Origin: a virus | Reading direction: 5' to 3' (one strand) | Length of the DNA: 64,000 nt | IMG/VR virus record: IMGVR_UViG_3300050015_000600 | Span: 12,487 to 76,486 of that record | Made by a program: the position numbers and the translations under genes | In this document: positions 30,473-39,340 of the stretch, in pieces | How the letters are laid out: every line of letters begins with the position of its first letter | Position numbering within the stretch: position 1 is the first letter of the stretch | The notes under the pieces: generated by a model | Databases searched by the model: none | The model's input: the letters and a program-made list of their open reading frames with translations, nothing else | What the model was told of the DNA's origin: nothing

Positions 30473-31108
30473 ATGAAAAAATCATTTAGCAAAACAGCAA
30501 ACGGGAATTATAAAGTTAATACATTCGTTCCCGTATTCAATGGGTATTACGATAGCATCTTTGAAGGCGACAGCGTCGAAGAAAATGAAATGGAATACTT
30601 CAACGAACAAAGACTTGAAGCGGGCAAAACAGAAATTAAGGACTACGAGCTATTCAAATTTGATTTAGAAACTTTTTATAAAGAAACAACTGTACAAATT
30701 GAGAATATAGTAAGTTTTTGGCTTAAAAAATTAGGATTTATTACAACTTCCCGTTTTCAAAAATTGTCAAGTCCAAAAGAATACAATTTTTACAATGATT
30801 CTATCTGGGTTGACTATGAATTGACAAAAGAGAACATAGGGAATATTAAAAAGTATCTGAAAAGTGATATTGATAAATTCCAAACTTATTTAGACGAAAA
30901 TTACATAGCACGTGATGGATTTATTCCATATTATTCTACTTATTTAGGTGACTGGTTAAACAACAAAGCATTATTTGATTCTCATCAATTAGGAGCAATT
31001 TTAAATTTCATACTGCTTAATGAAGAATACTCCGAAAATGATATTTATGAAGAATTGGAAGTTAATGTGGAATTAACAAATTACGATGAATTGTGGAATA
31101 TGGAATAA
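30473..31108 (+). CDS. acidic early protein
   Basis: FNGYYDS...SPKEYNFYND...RDGFIP; AGGA SD. Confidence 0.7.
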   Translation: MKKSFSKTANGNYKVNTFVPVFNGYYDSIFEGDSVEENEMEYFNEQRLEAGKTEIKDYELFKFDLETFYKETTVQIENIVSFWLKKLGFITTSRFQKLSSPKEYNFYNDSIWVDYELTKENIGNIKKYLKSDIDKFQTYLDENYIARDGFIPYYSTYLGDWLNNKALFDSHQLGAILNFILLNEEYSENDIYEELEVNVELTNYDELWNME

Positions 31109-31114
31109 AAACAA

Positions 31115-31177
31115 AAGCCGTGTTACTATGTATATTAATATATGTTAGTTTACAAAATTCGCAATTTTGCACGGCTT
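31115..31177 (+). ncRNA. tRNA-mimic element C
   Basis: AAGCCGTG/CACGGCTT stacked on CAAAA-TTCGCAA-TTTTG; 39 nt before ATG 31217. Confidence 0.6.
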
Positions 31178-31216
31178 CAAATGTATTATTTATAATTATT
31201 ATTAGGGAAAAGTATT

Positions 31217-31934
31217 ATGAAAAAGCTATATTATGGCCAATATAACGTTGGCAATGCTAAATATATAGTAACTTTTGTAGATGAAACGCATTTGCATAAA
31301 GACGGCAGTTTGCAATACGGAATAAAAACATTCACAAACAAGCAATTATTTAACCAATTTATAATAGCGTTGCATAAAGACGGCTATAAGGAAAGATAAA
31401 ACTATGAAAAAAGATACTGAAATTACGAAAGTTATATTTAGGAAGTTCAAACCTACTGATGACTTTGCATGCGATATTATTGCTTTGTTTCCTGAAGACA
31501 GTTACGCAGGAAGATACACTACTCTTGCTTATGTTCACGTTGGACAGCATTTTGAAGTTGATTACAAAACTGTTATTAAACAATCAGTTCCAGCAACTGA
31601 AAACGAATACAAAGACCTAAAAACCGAACTTGAAAACGGTTTTGATTATAACTTTAAAGTATTAAAAAGAGCAAAAATCATTTATAAATAACGGAGTTAA
31701 AAAATGAACGCAGTAATTAAGAAAATTAACGACGACGGTACAACGGCAGAACATAAGCCGTTTATTTACAAAACAAAACAGTATAAATTGCGTAAAACTA
31801 TTTATAAATACGCACAAATTTATTCGGATAAGTGGAAGTCCGACGTTATGATTTATGTACATTACAATTATGATCCAGAAGGTGTTTTCTCTAAAATGAT
31901 TAAATACCATTATCAAGAAAAATTATTTTCTTAA
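31217..31934 (+). other. three early CDSs (31217-31399, 31404-31691, 31704-31934)
   Basis: SD motifs; 31404 carries a VIFRK...IIALFP...Y.HVGQH...EY.DL..EL pattern typical of phage/MGE early genes. Confidence 0.65.
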
Positions 31935-31940
31935 AAGAAC

Positions 31941-31979
31941 AGCGGAGAATGGTTCTAAGGTTCGATTCCTTGCTCCGCT
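31941..31979 (+). ncRNA. tRNA-mimic element D (minimal minihelix)
   Basis: AGCGGAG/CTCCGCT, 8-nt connector AATGGTTC, TAAGG-TTCGATT-CCTTG; 38 nt before ATG 32018. Confidence 0.75.
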
Positions 31980-32017
31980 CAATATGTATTTTATTATTAT
32001 TAATTAGAGGTTTCAAG

Positions 32018-32832
32018 ATGAAAAAGAACAAAACTACTCAAGCTATTAGCATAATAGCAAATAATGGCGGATTAGATTTAAGTCGTATTCGCCGGAACTA
32101 TATGGCAGACAGTCAATATAGTTTGGCAAATAAAAATTGCCGCTTCAAGGGTTCTTATGGCGAATACCTAAAAGATGCAATAAAAACTATGTTGCCAAAA
32201 GAATTAGAACGTGTTGCAAGTCGTGTTGCAAGTTATTATTTAGGGGTATAATTATGAAAGTATTAGAATTTAGCCCACAGAACAATCTGAATGTTAACCA
32301 TAGAAAGGAAAATTACTTCCAATGTGAATATTCAATTGTTGTATTTGACGAAAAAACAAAGAAGTTTTCTACTCCTGTAGTATTGCGTATATATATTACT
32401 CCGAGCATAAATTATGCTTGCGTCTGGGGTATAGAAAAACACTTTGAAGGCTCATTCAAAGGTTCAGCATTCCAAAGTACAAATAGCACGGCTCTTAATG
32501 CTTTAATAATTGCTGGTTTTGTCTTTGAAGACGCTTGGAGCAGTTCAATTGAAGACGTTATGTCCGCTATAGCCGAATGTTTTGGTTACAAGAATTATTT
32601 TATTCATAAAGCTAATCCATAAGGAAGAAAAAAAATGACAGTCACTATTAATCTAAATATGACCAAAGACGAAGCTATGTTAGTTCTAACGGCTTTAAAT
32701 GACAAATTAGGCAGTTTGTATAACGATATGGATTATTATCTTAACCGTAAAACTAACAATGCAAAGTATAGTGAAGCAGTGTTTTATAAAGGCAGAATAG
32801 AGAAGTTAATAGAAGCGTTTAGCGTCTTGTAA
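32018..32832 (+). other. three early CDSs (32018-32251, 32254-32622, 32635-32832)
   Basis: AGAGG, AGGGG and AAGGA SD motifs. Confidence 0.6.
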
Positions 32833-32836
32833 CGTA

Positions 32837-32879
32837 AAAATAGCATGGTATTCGGGAGGTTCAAATCCTCCCCTATTTT
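32837..32879 (+). ncRNA. tRNA-mimic element E
   Basis: AAAATAG/CTATTTT, connector CATGGTATTC, GGGAGG-TTCAAAT-CCTCCC; 38 nt before ATG 32918. Confidence 0.75.
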
Positions 32880-32917
32880 CTAAAGTATTATTATTAATTT
32901 ATTATTCGAGGTATAAA

Positions 32918-33793
32918 ATGAAGTTTCAAAAAAGTACTAAAAAAGAGTGGTACGGAATGTTTTTGTATTCCGTAGAAGGCGAAGAGCCGTTATGCAATTA
33001 TTACTCCGACCCAAAAATAGCCGTTAGAGAAGCTAAAAAGTGGTCAAAGGATTTAGAAGGCGAACAATATATAGAAGTTTGGAAACGTGATAAAAATGGC
33101 AATTATGGAGATTCTGGCACACCATTGTACAAAAGCGACGAGGTGGCATAATGGAAAAATTGAATATAACACAACTTGACGGCAATTTAATATTGCATAA
33201 CGGCGATTATCAATACTCTAACAAGCCATTAAAAGAATGGGATTGCGATAATTTTGTAGAGTATATTAAAGACTACTCAAATATGGATTGGAATTGTAGC
33301 GATAATTTGTTATGCTATTTATATGATATTGATTATCTTAATTACATACCATCAAATTATGCACCTATATATCTATATGGCGTGTGGCAGGTATTAAAAG
33401 AACATATCGAAAGCAATGAAAAATATGTATTAAGTCCAAGACACAGGACTTTGCAAAAACGTCGTATCAATAAATGGAATAAACAAGCCGAAGCGAACAG
33501 ACAGGAATTTTTATGTAGATTAAAAGAAATAAGAGAGGAAAGCAATGATTAGAAATATAATATTAAACTTTATATCATTCGGCGTGTGGTATATATTCTT
33601 AGGTGCTTATATGCCGATGATATTCAAATGTAGTCTAATTGCAAATATGGTAGGGACGTTTTCAGCGTTCCTACTGTGGAATTTAGGCGACTGTGTACGC
33701 AATATGCGGTTTGCTCGTTTGGCGTGGGGTTACTTACCGCAAAAACAAATTAAAGAAATAGTTCATTATCAAAATACAGGCGAAAGATTGTAA
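32918..33793 (+). other. three early CDSs (32918-33151, 33151-33552, 33545-33793; the last is a membrane protein)
   Basis: GAGG SD motifs, coupled. Confidence 0.6.
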
Positions 33794-33797
33794 AACA

Positions 33798-33840
33798 TTG
33801 CTTTAAGCTATGCCCCTTTCGAGGGGTATATTTAAGTCAA
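33798..33840 (+). promoter_or_regulatory. long intergenic hairpin (processing site or terminator)
   Basis: TATGCCCCT-TTCG-AGGGGTATA extended to about 18 bp, followed by a T-run and the shared leader. Confidence 0.55.
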
Positions 33841-33868
33841 TTTTTATTATTATTTAGAGGGTAGAATT

Positions 33869-34126
33869 ATGAAAAAAGCATTATGTATATGCAATATGTG
33901 TGGAGCTTTGTTAATAGACGAAAATCCACAAGTAGATGCAATGGAATATGAATTAACAGGTGCAGAACAAGAAATGGAATATCATTACGACAGGGAGGAT
34001 GGTTCGTATTATGGGTGTCCTAATTGCCATACAGACGGTTATTTAACCGATAATTTGACAAGTGAAGCTCATCTTGGGTTGTATAACCACATGAAACATA
34101 ATTGCGAGGCGACTTATGCAAACTAA
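33869..34126 (+). CDS. zinc-ribbon protein
   Basis: CNMC...CPNC..DGYL. Confidence 0.65.
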   Translation: MKKALCICNMCGALLIDENPQVDAMEYELTGAEQEMEYHYDREDGSYYGCPNCHTDGYLTDNLTSEAHLGLYNHMKHNCEATYAN

Positions 34127-34988
34127 AATTAATGAATTTCTTGCAATGCCAACACGTAAATCTATGGTAATTTCCGATGATTATAAAAGATTAGTCACTT
34201 CAACTTTTGAAAAGTATCAAAAGAAGTTTGAAACGTTGTCAAGAGCGAATATAATAGAGTATCTAAATACTTCCGATTATTCGCAGGGTTCTAAATATAC
34301 AATAGCAACTACTTTATGCAGGTTCGGGCGTGAGTTCGATCTGCTTAAAGAAAATGATATTAATACTATCAAGCGTTGTTTCCCAAAAGACCGCAAAGAA
34401 TGGTCGAAAGAAAACCTAAAAGCAAATGACCTTGACACAATACTCGATACGATTATTAAGCGTAGAAAGCTCCCTGTTACTAATTTAAGGGACGCATTGT
34501 CTATTGCATTGCTTAGTTCATTCGGAATGCGTGTAGGGCAGTTAATAGCCATGCAAAGAGATGATATTAGAATAATTGAGGATAAAATCGTTGTCGCTCT
34601 TATCCGTCAAAAGCATAATAAGTTTGACCGCTCTCAAGGCGATGTGTTCAAAGTGTCGTTGCCTATGAATTATAAAGTCGGACAATATAATCTTAAAACA
34701 TTATTGCTGAGATACAAAGAATTATTACCACAGGACAGTCCGGCTTTGATATACGGCAAAACTTTCGACGCTCCTATGACCACCGCCGGAATGCGCAAGG
34801 TTATTAAGAAAATAGGTGAAGATATACACATGCCTGATCTACACCCTCATGTTTTTAGGCATTACGTAGGAACTAAATTAACTATAGAATACGGTGTAGA
34901 AGTTGCTTGCGCTATGCTTAATCATGCGGCTATTAATACGACTAAAACATATTTGAATAAAGAATCAATTTTAGATAAAATTAAATAA
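34116..34988 (+). CDS. tyrosine recombinase/integrase (XerC/D-sized)
   Basis: RD...GMR, HPHVFRH, LNH...TT..Y catalytic set. Confidence 0.9.
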   Translation: MQTKINEFLAMPTRKSMVISDDYKRLVTSTFEKYQKKFETLSRANIIEYLNTSDYSQGSKYTIATTLCRFGREFDLLKENDINTIKRCFPKDRKEWSKENLKANDLDTILDTIIKRRKLPVTNLRDALSIALLSSFGMRVGQLIAMQRDDIRIIEDKIVVALIRQKHNKFDRSQGDVFKVSLPMNYKVGQYNLKTLLLRYKELLPQDSPALIYGKTFDAPMTTAGMRKVIKKIGEDIHMPDLHPHVFRHYVGTKLTIEYGVEVACAMLNHAAINTTKTYLNKESILDKIK

Positions 34989-34999
34989 GAGGTATTTGG

Positions 35000-35253
35000 A
35001 TGATAGACGATAATTTAGAATATGATGTATTAAAAAAAAGGTTGATATTCCATTTGCAGGAATGTTGCATTGTTTATATTCAATAAAATTTAAATGCAAA
35101 GGAGAACTTAGCGACGAACAAAAAGACAAAGCGTACAGGTGTCTTCGTGTAATAGCAGAAGACGAAAACAGTGATAATGAAGCCCACGCATGGTGCTACA
35201 ATCAGTTAGGTCTTATAGAATCAGGCAGGTCAAGATTTATAAAAATAGATTAA
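35000..35253 (+). CDS. hypothetical protein interrupted at an A8 tract
   Basis: Strong SD at ATG 35000; one extra A joins it to ORF 35062-35253. Confidence 0.45.
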
Positions 35254-35264
35254 GGAATAAAGGA

Positions 35265-35498
35265 ATGATAGCAATTAATCAAAACGAAGAAGCAGTACCT
35301 TTAATGTACATACTAACCGATTATGATTTACGCGGTGGTTTGGATACGGGTACTAAAATAACAGACTTTAGGCTATCACAGCAAGTGATAAATACAATGC
35401 CTACGTTGGTTTATATTAATAAAGACGGCAAAGCGGTATTATTAAAAAGTCGGCATGACAATATTAGCATAGGATTTATTGACCTTCGGGATATATAA
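35265..35498 (+). CDS. hypothetical protein
   Basis: AAGGA SD; precedes the terminator. Confidence 0.55.
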   Translation: MIAINQNEEAVPLMYILTDYDLRGGLDTGTKITDFRLSQQVINTMPTLVYINKDGKAVLLKSRHDNISIGFIDLRDI

Positions 35499-35512
35499 TA
35501 GATTAAACCCTC

Positions 35513-35546
35513 AGCCGAGCCTTTTAAACGAGGTTCGGCTTTTTTT
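35513..35546 (+). terminator. intrinsic terminator of the early operon
   Basis: AGCCGAGCCT/AGGTTCGGCT plus T-run. Confidence 0.85.
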
Positions 35547-35606
35547 GTGTCTTAGTATGCCTATATTTGTTGTGTTTGTACAATTTAATATATTTTATGA
35601 TATAAA

Positions 35607-35638
35607 TTTGTATATGTTGCAAAATAATCGTATGTTTG
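35607..35638 (+). promoter_or_regulatory. Bacteroidota-type promoter for the ncRNA/tRNA block
   Basis: TTTG-N20-TATGTTTG. Confidence 0.75.
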
Positions 35639-35715
35639 AATGTTCAGTTATTTGTAAATCGAACAAAGTGATTTTTAAGAAGGTTTTTGCACCTTATATT
35701 TTCCTTCTTAAAATC

Positions 35716-35854
35716 GGGGCAAAGTGGCGGAAATGGTAAACGCACGGGCATGATTAGCAGGAAGCTACTACCGTACATAGTGCGGATAGATATATCCAAG
35801 ACACGTAGCTGAAATAAATACTATACTTGCAGGTTCGAATCCTGCCTTTGCCCC
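35716..35854 (+). ncRNA. tRNA-like RNA with the anticodon arm replaced by an ~85-nt domain
   Basis: GGGGCAAAG/CTTTGCCCC, Leu-like D-arm TGGCGGAAATGGTAAACGC, T-arm GCAGG-TTCGAAT-CCTGC. Confidence 0.75.
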
Positions 35855-35882
35855 TAAATAGTTCTTTGAATAAAAACCCATC

Positions 35883-36244
35883 GGGAGATTAGAAAACCTG
35901 AATAAAACAAATCGGGGAGTAAGACGACACGCTGTAAGCTGTTAGGGTCTCCCTTGAAAATGTAATAAACCCCGCAAGTACTTTACGATATATTGCGGCA
36001 AATAATGTAGTTGTTTTGGACATACTCGCGGGGTCTCTTTTTCAGAGGGTGGTTGCCTTAGGCTAAGCTATGATTGAGCAAGGTGCGTACTAACAGGACT
36101 GTAGAACAGCGACAGATAGAAAAGTGTTGATACGTTCACGAACAGGCTATAGACTGGACTACCCTATCCTTTAGATGCAGTTTGATTCTGCTCGCTGACC
36201 GAGATTTGGTAAAGACTGTAAATCGTACGTAACAGCAGGGGTCA
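35883..36244 (+). ncRNA. string of putative structured RNA domains
   Basis: Closing helices 35883/35953, 35969/36034, 36046/36165, 36196/36244; no convincing ORF. Confidence 0.5.
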
Positions 36245-36253
36245 TTTATTTTT

Positions 36254-36336
36254 GGAAGTGTCGCATAATTGGCATTGCATCTCCCCGCTAAGGAGACGAC
36301 CTTCGGGTTGTACAGGTTCGAATCCTGTCGCTTCCA
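36254..36336 (+). tRNA. tRNA-Ser(GCT), class II
   Basis: GGAAGTG/CGCTTCC, TCTCC-CCGCTAA-GGAGA, variable arm CGACC-TTCG-GGTTG, ACAGG-TTCGAAT-CCTGT; no encoded CCA. Confidence 0.85.
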
Positions 36337-36359
36337 CAAACAATTTAAGAGATTTATGA

Positions 36360-36758
36360 ATGATAATGTCTGAAATAGACAAGATAAGATTTGGGTTTGT
36401 AAAGCCTAAGAAGCCTAAAAGTTATAAACCGCCAAAGCGTAACAAGATGGCTAAAATTGAGAGTATCGAATATATACAAGAACAAGTAGCTGAATATTTT
36501 GATATTCCAATTGAAGAATTAATCGGGCGAAGCCGAAAAAACGAATACATGATTCCACGGCATACTTCTATCGCGTTATGCGATGCTTTGCTACCGCACA
36601 CAATGGTATGTATAGCAAGTCATCACGGCGACCGCGACCACGCAACTGGCATTAACTCACGTAAACAGTCGGAAAACATGATATTCACTGATCCGACATA
36701 TCGCAAGCAGTTCAAAGAACTGAGAACAAATATAGAAATTTATTTTGGTATAAATTAA
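36360..36758 (+). CDS. stand-alone DnaA domain IV (Bac_DnaA_C-like) protein
   Basis: I...VAEYF.I....L.G.SR.....PRH...GDRDHAT......D..Y. Confidence 0.8.
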   Translation: MIMSEIDKIRFGFVKPKKPKSYKPPKRNKMAKIESIEYIQEQVAEYFDIPIEELIGRSRKNEYMIPRHTSIALCDALLPHTMVCIASHHGDRDHATGINSRKQSENMIFTDPTYRKQFKELRTNIEIYFGIN

Positions 36759-36873
36759 ACAAAAGAAAATAGTTCTTAATAATAAATAGTAATTAACGTT
36801 AATCCTGTGTTTTGGTACCTACCCATAATAATGAAATATAATGATACAACTGAAGCCATAAACACCTCAAATA

Positions 36874-38237
36874 ATGCTAAAGCACAGGATTTTTTTTGAG
36901 AGAAGAAAATTGACAGTTAAAGATTTTCATATTACATACCAAATCCCGATCACTATAGTAAACTATGCTATAAAGTCGGGATTGTTGTATATCAGGGATA
37001 AGCACATCATAGAGGATGCCAATTTTACACATTTCCTTGCCCATAGCGAGCTTTTTACTGCACAAAACGTAAGAAGTGATGTCCAGGAGTTCTGGAGACG
37101 CTGTGTGCCGATTCACAAGGATAATAATTGTAAAATATATGACCACCGCCGGAAGACAGGACGTAATTATTTTACTGTTTTTACCCGCGATGGATTGATT
37201 GAAACTTTTACTTCGAAAGTTATTGCTAAGAAATGGGCGAAAGCTCGCTTCGCTAAGCCAGTAAGAAAGCACAAAATATATCACTTGGCACTTACGTTAG
37301 AACAAATGGATTGGATTATTACCTCCGGCAAGTGTGCAACACGCCAGGATATAATTGATAAAGTCAGCTATTATTACAATAGACAATTAGAAAAGAATAA
37401 ATTAGAAGACGAGGTAGAGAATGCTCCCAAATAGGGTAATAGATGCAACACGAGTATTATATGTTGACGAAGTGCCATATACTATAAATCATACTTGGGG
37501 TTACAGTATGCCTTTTACCGACAAATTGCCTAATAAAGGTATTCAAATATTAAACCTTATTGGCACAGTTTTATACGAAACAATTTACGAATACTATGGT
37601 ACAGTATGCGTAGAACCGCCCTACGAAGACAATGATTATTTAAGGAATATAATAATACAAGCGCACATTAAAGAATCTGATATATTTTAAAGAGGTAGCA
37701 AATGAAAGAATTTAAAGTAATAGTCGAAAATGACACGCAATGTAATAACGAATGTTGCGGTTTAGTCAAAATACCGTCAGGCTACATCTGCGCGGTTTAT
37801 GAAAACGAACGGTTAAGCTGGTTCGAAGAAAAGTTTATCGCTGGCAATGGCGTAAGTAGATGTCAAAGTTGTTTAGAATGTTTTGGAGATGGAGAATAAT
37901 GTTAATAGACATATATCAAGACAGATTGCCAAAGGATATAACTTTGGATACCGTGGTCTATACTGCGGTGCTCTCAGGTGGCGACGAAGTGTTACAACAT
38001 GATAAAGCATGGGAAACGCCCGAAGAATGCAGAAGCAAATGTTTTTGGTTCCAACAAATGCCTGATAGGGTTTCTCCGGTTTCTATGACATTTAAAGAAT
38101 TTCTATTGAATACCTCTATGGGTATGAATCCATTTTACTCACTTGGGAAAATGGAAGTAATGGCTCGTTTCGGTATAAGCGTAATGCAAACTCTTTTAAA
38201 AGAATTATCTTTAAAAACTGACAGCTCTACTTCTTAA
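36874..38237 (+). other. four hypothetical CDSs (36874-37434, 37421-37690, 37702-37899, 37899-38237)
   Basis: Coupled ORFs with GAGG/GGAG SD motifs. Confidence 0.55.
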
Positions 38238-38592
38238 CAACTTCCATCCAATACAAATTAACTATAATTTCAAACGTAAAGTTCTTATCAAAGACATCAG
38301 TTAATTGTTTGAAAGAATAGAGAAATTTCTTATAAGCCCCCAAACTAAATATACGGGACGAAGTCGTTGATTTTAAATGGAAGATATATTTACTATCCAT
38401 AAGATCAATGACTTTGTCCGTATTTATCTCAATCCTCTTGGCCATACACCTCAAAATATCCGAGTTGGTTAGATTCTCAAACCCAAAGAGTTCTATATAA
38501 TAGTTCTTTATAGCGTCAAACCTCTCCCAAACATACTTTGGCGCATAGAGCGTTTTAGCCCTGATATTCCGCTTTACTTTGGCACTAGCCAT
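38227..38592 (-). CDS. hypothetical basic protein
   Basis: Coupled to 38585; convergent junction. Confidence 0.55.
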   Translation of the reverse strand: MASAKVKRNIRAKTLYAPKYVWERFDAIKNYYIELFGFENLTNSDILRCMAKRIEINTDKVIDLMDSKYIFHLKSTTSSRIFSLGAYKKFLYSFKQLTDVFDKNFTFEIIVNLYWMEVVKK

Positions 38593-39316
38593 TGATAATA
38601 TTCAATGTTTGTTCCAATCCCTTCGTATATCTCCACAAAGCCTTCAAAACCATATCTTTGTCTATCATATCCTCGTCATGTGTACTATCCCAGATTTGTT
38701 TACATCTCGGACACATAGTCACAGGAATACCGGTTAGTATTTTTATAATATGATTGCCGTAAGGCGGTATCGGTTCTTTGCCGCAGCAACAGCAGTCCTG
38801 GCTTATAAACCAGTCAAAATCGCTTAATTCGCAATTAATAGGCATAAAATTATTCAACCTAGTGCGAATCTGCTCTAATATTAAATATGCCTCTCTCTTA
38901 GTATCCTCCGCGTCATACAATTTCTTCGCCTCCGCCGATATTATTTTCCAAGCCTTGTCTAAATTTTCCATCTTAACACTTACCTTCTTAATATTGTATC
39001 CATATACTTTATGTTCTAAAAATTGTTTTACTGTCGGGAATTCCGACTCTAAAAATTCATCAAATAATTCAGTTATTCCTCTATTGCTCTTGCCTATCCA
39101 TAAAGCATAGTTATACTCATGGTGGCCACACTTATACTTTTGCCGGAGAACGTGGTTGTTCAAGCCCATCCGTTCTCTGTCGGCGATTACATTCTTTGAT
39201 ATTAAAAATAATGCTTCTAATTTTGTGTATTCCGCTAGTCTTAAACTATCCTCTAAGCTAGGCGTTTGCTGTACATAAGTCTTTGCGTAATTCCTTACTG
39301 TCATTCTTTTGGCCAT
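38585..39316 (-). CDS. protein with a C-terminal zinc-binding, HNH-like module
   Basis: CCCCG...NH...MCPRC; AAGGAG SD. Confidence 0.5.
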   Translation of the reverse strand: MAKRMTVRNYAKTYVQQTPSLEDSLRLAEYTKLEALFLISKNVIADRERMGLNNHVLRQKYKCGHHEYNYALWIGKSNRGITELFDEFLESEFPTVKQFLEHKVYGYNIKKVSVKMENLDKAWKIISAEAKKLYDAEDTKREAYLILEQIRTRLNNFMPINCELSDFDWFISQDCCCCGKEPIPPYGNHIIKILTGIPVTMCPRCKQIWDSTHDEDMIDKDMVLKALWRYTKGLEQTLNIING

Positions 39317-39340
39317 CTGATGCTCCTTTCGTTTGGCTGT

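Noticed and set aside
29723-32879. Integron attC sites or plain terminators
   Set aside because: No RYYYAAC/GTTRRRY ends and no U-tract after the stems; the conserved T-loop argues for an RNA-level tRNA mimic
35716-35854. tmRNA (starts GGGGC and has a T-arm)
   Set aside because: Too short, no G3-U70 pair, retains a full D-stem, no tag ORF or CCA
35883-35953. Hammerhead ribozyme (CTGA and GAAA present)
   Set aside because: Motifs are not in the CUGAnGA-stem-GAAA-stem-UH arrangement
36254-36336. Amber suppressor tRNA / alternative genetic code (CTA inside the loop)
   Set aside because: The 5-bp stem places GCT at 34-36; ORFs are long in code 11 and TAG is used as a normal stop (e.g. 19128, 22461)
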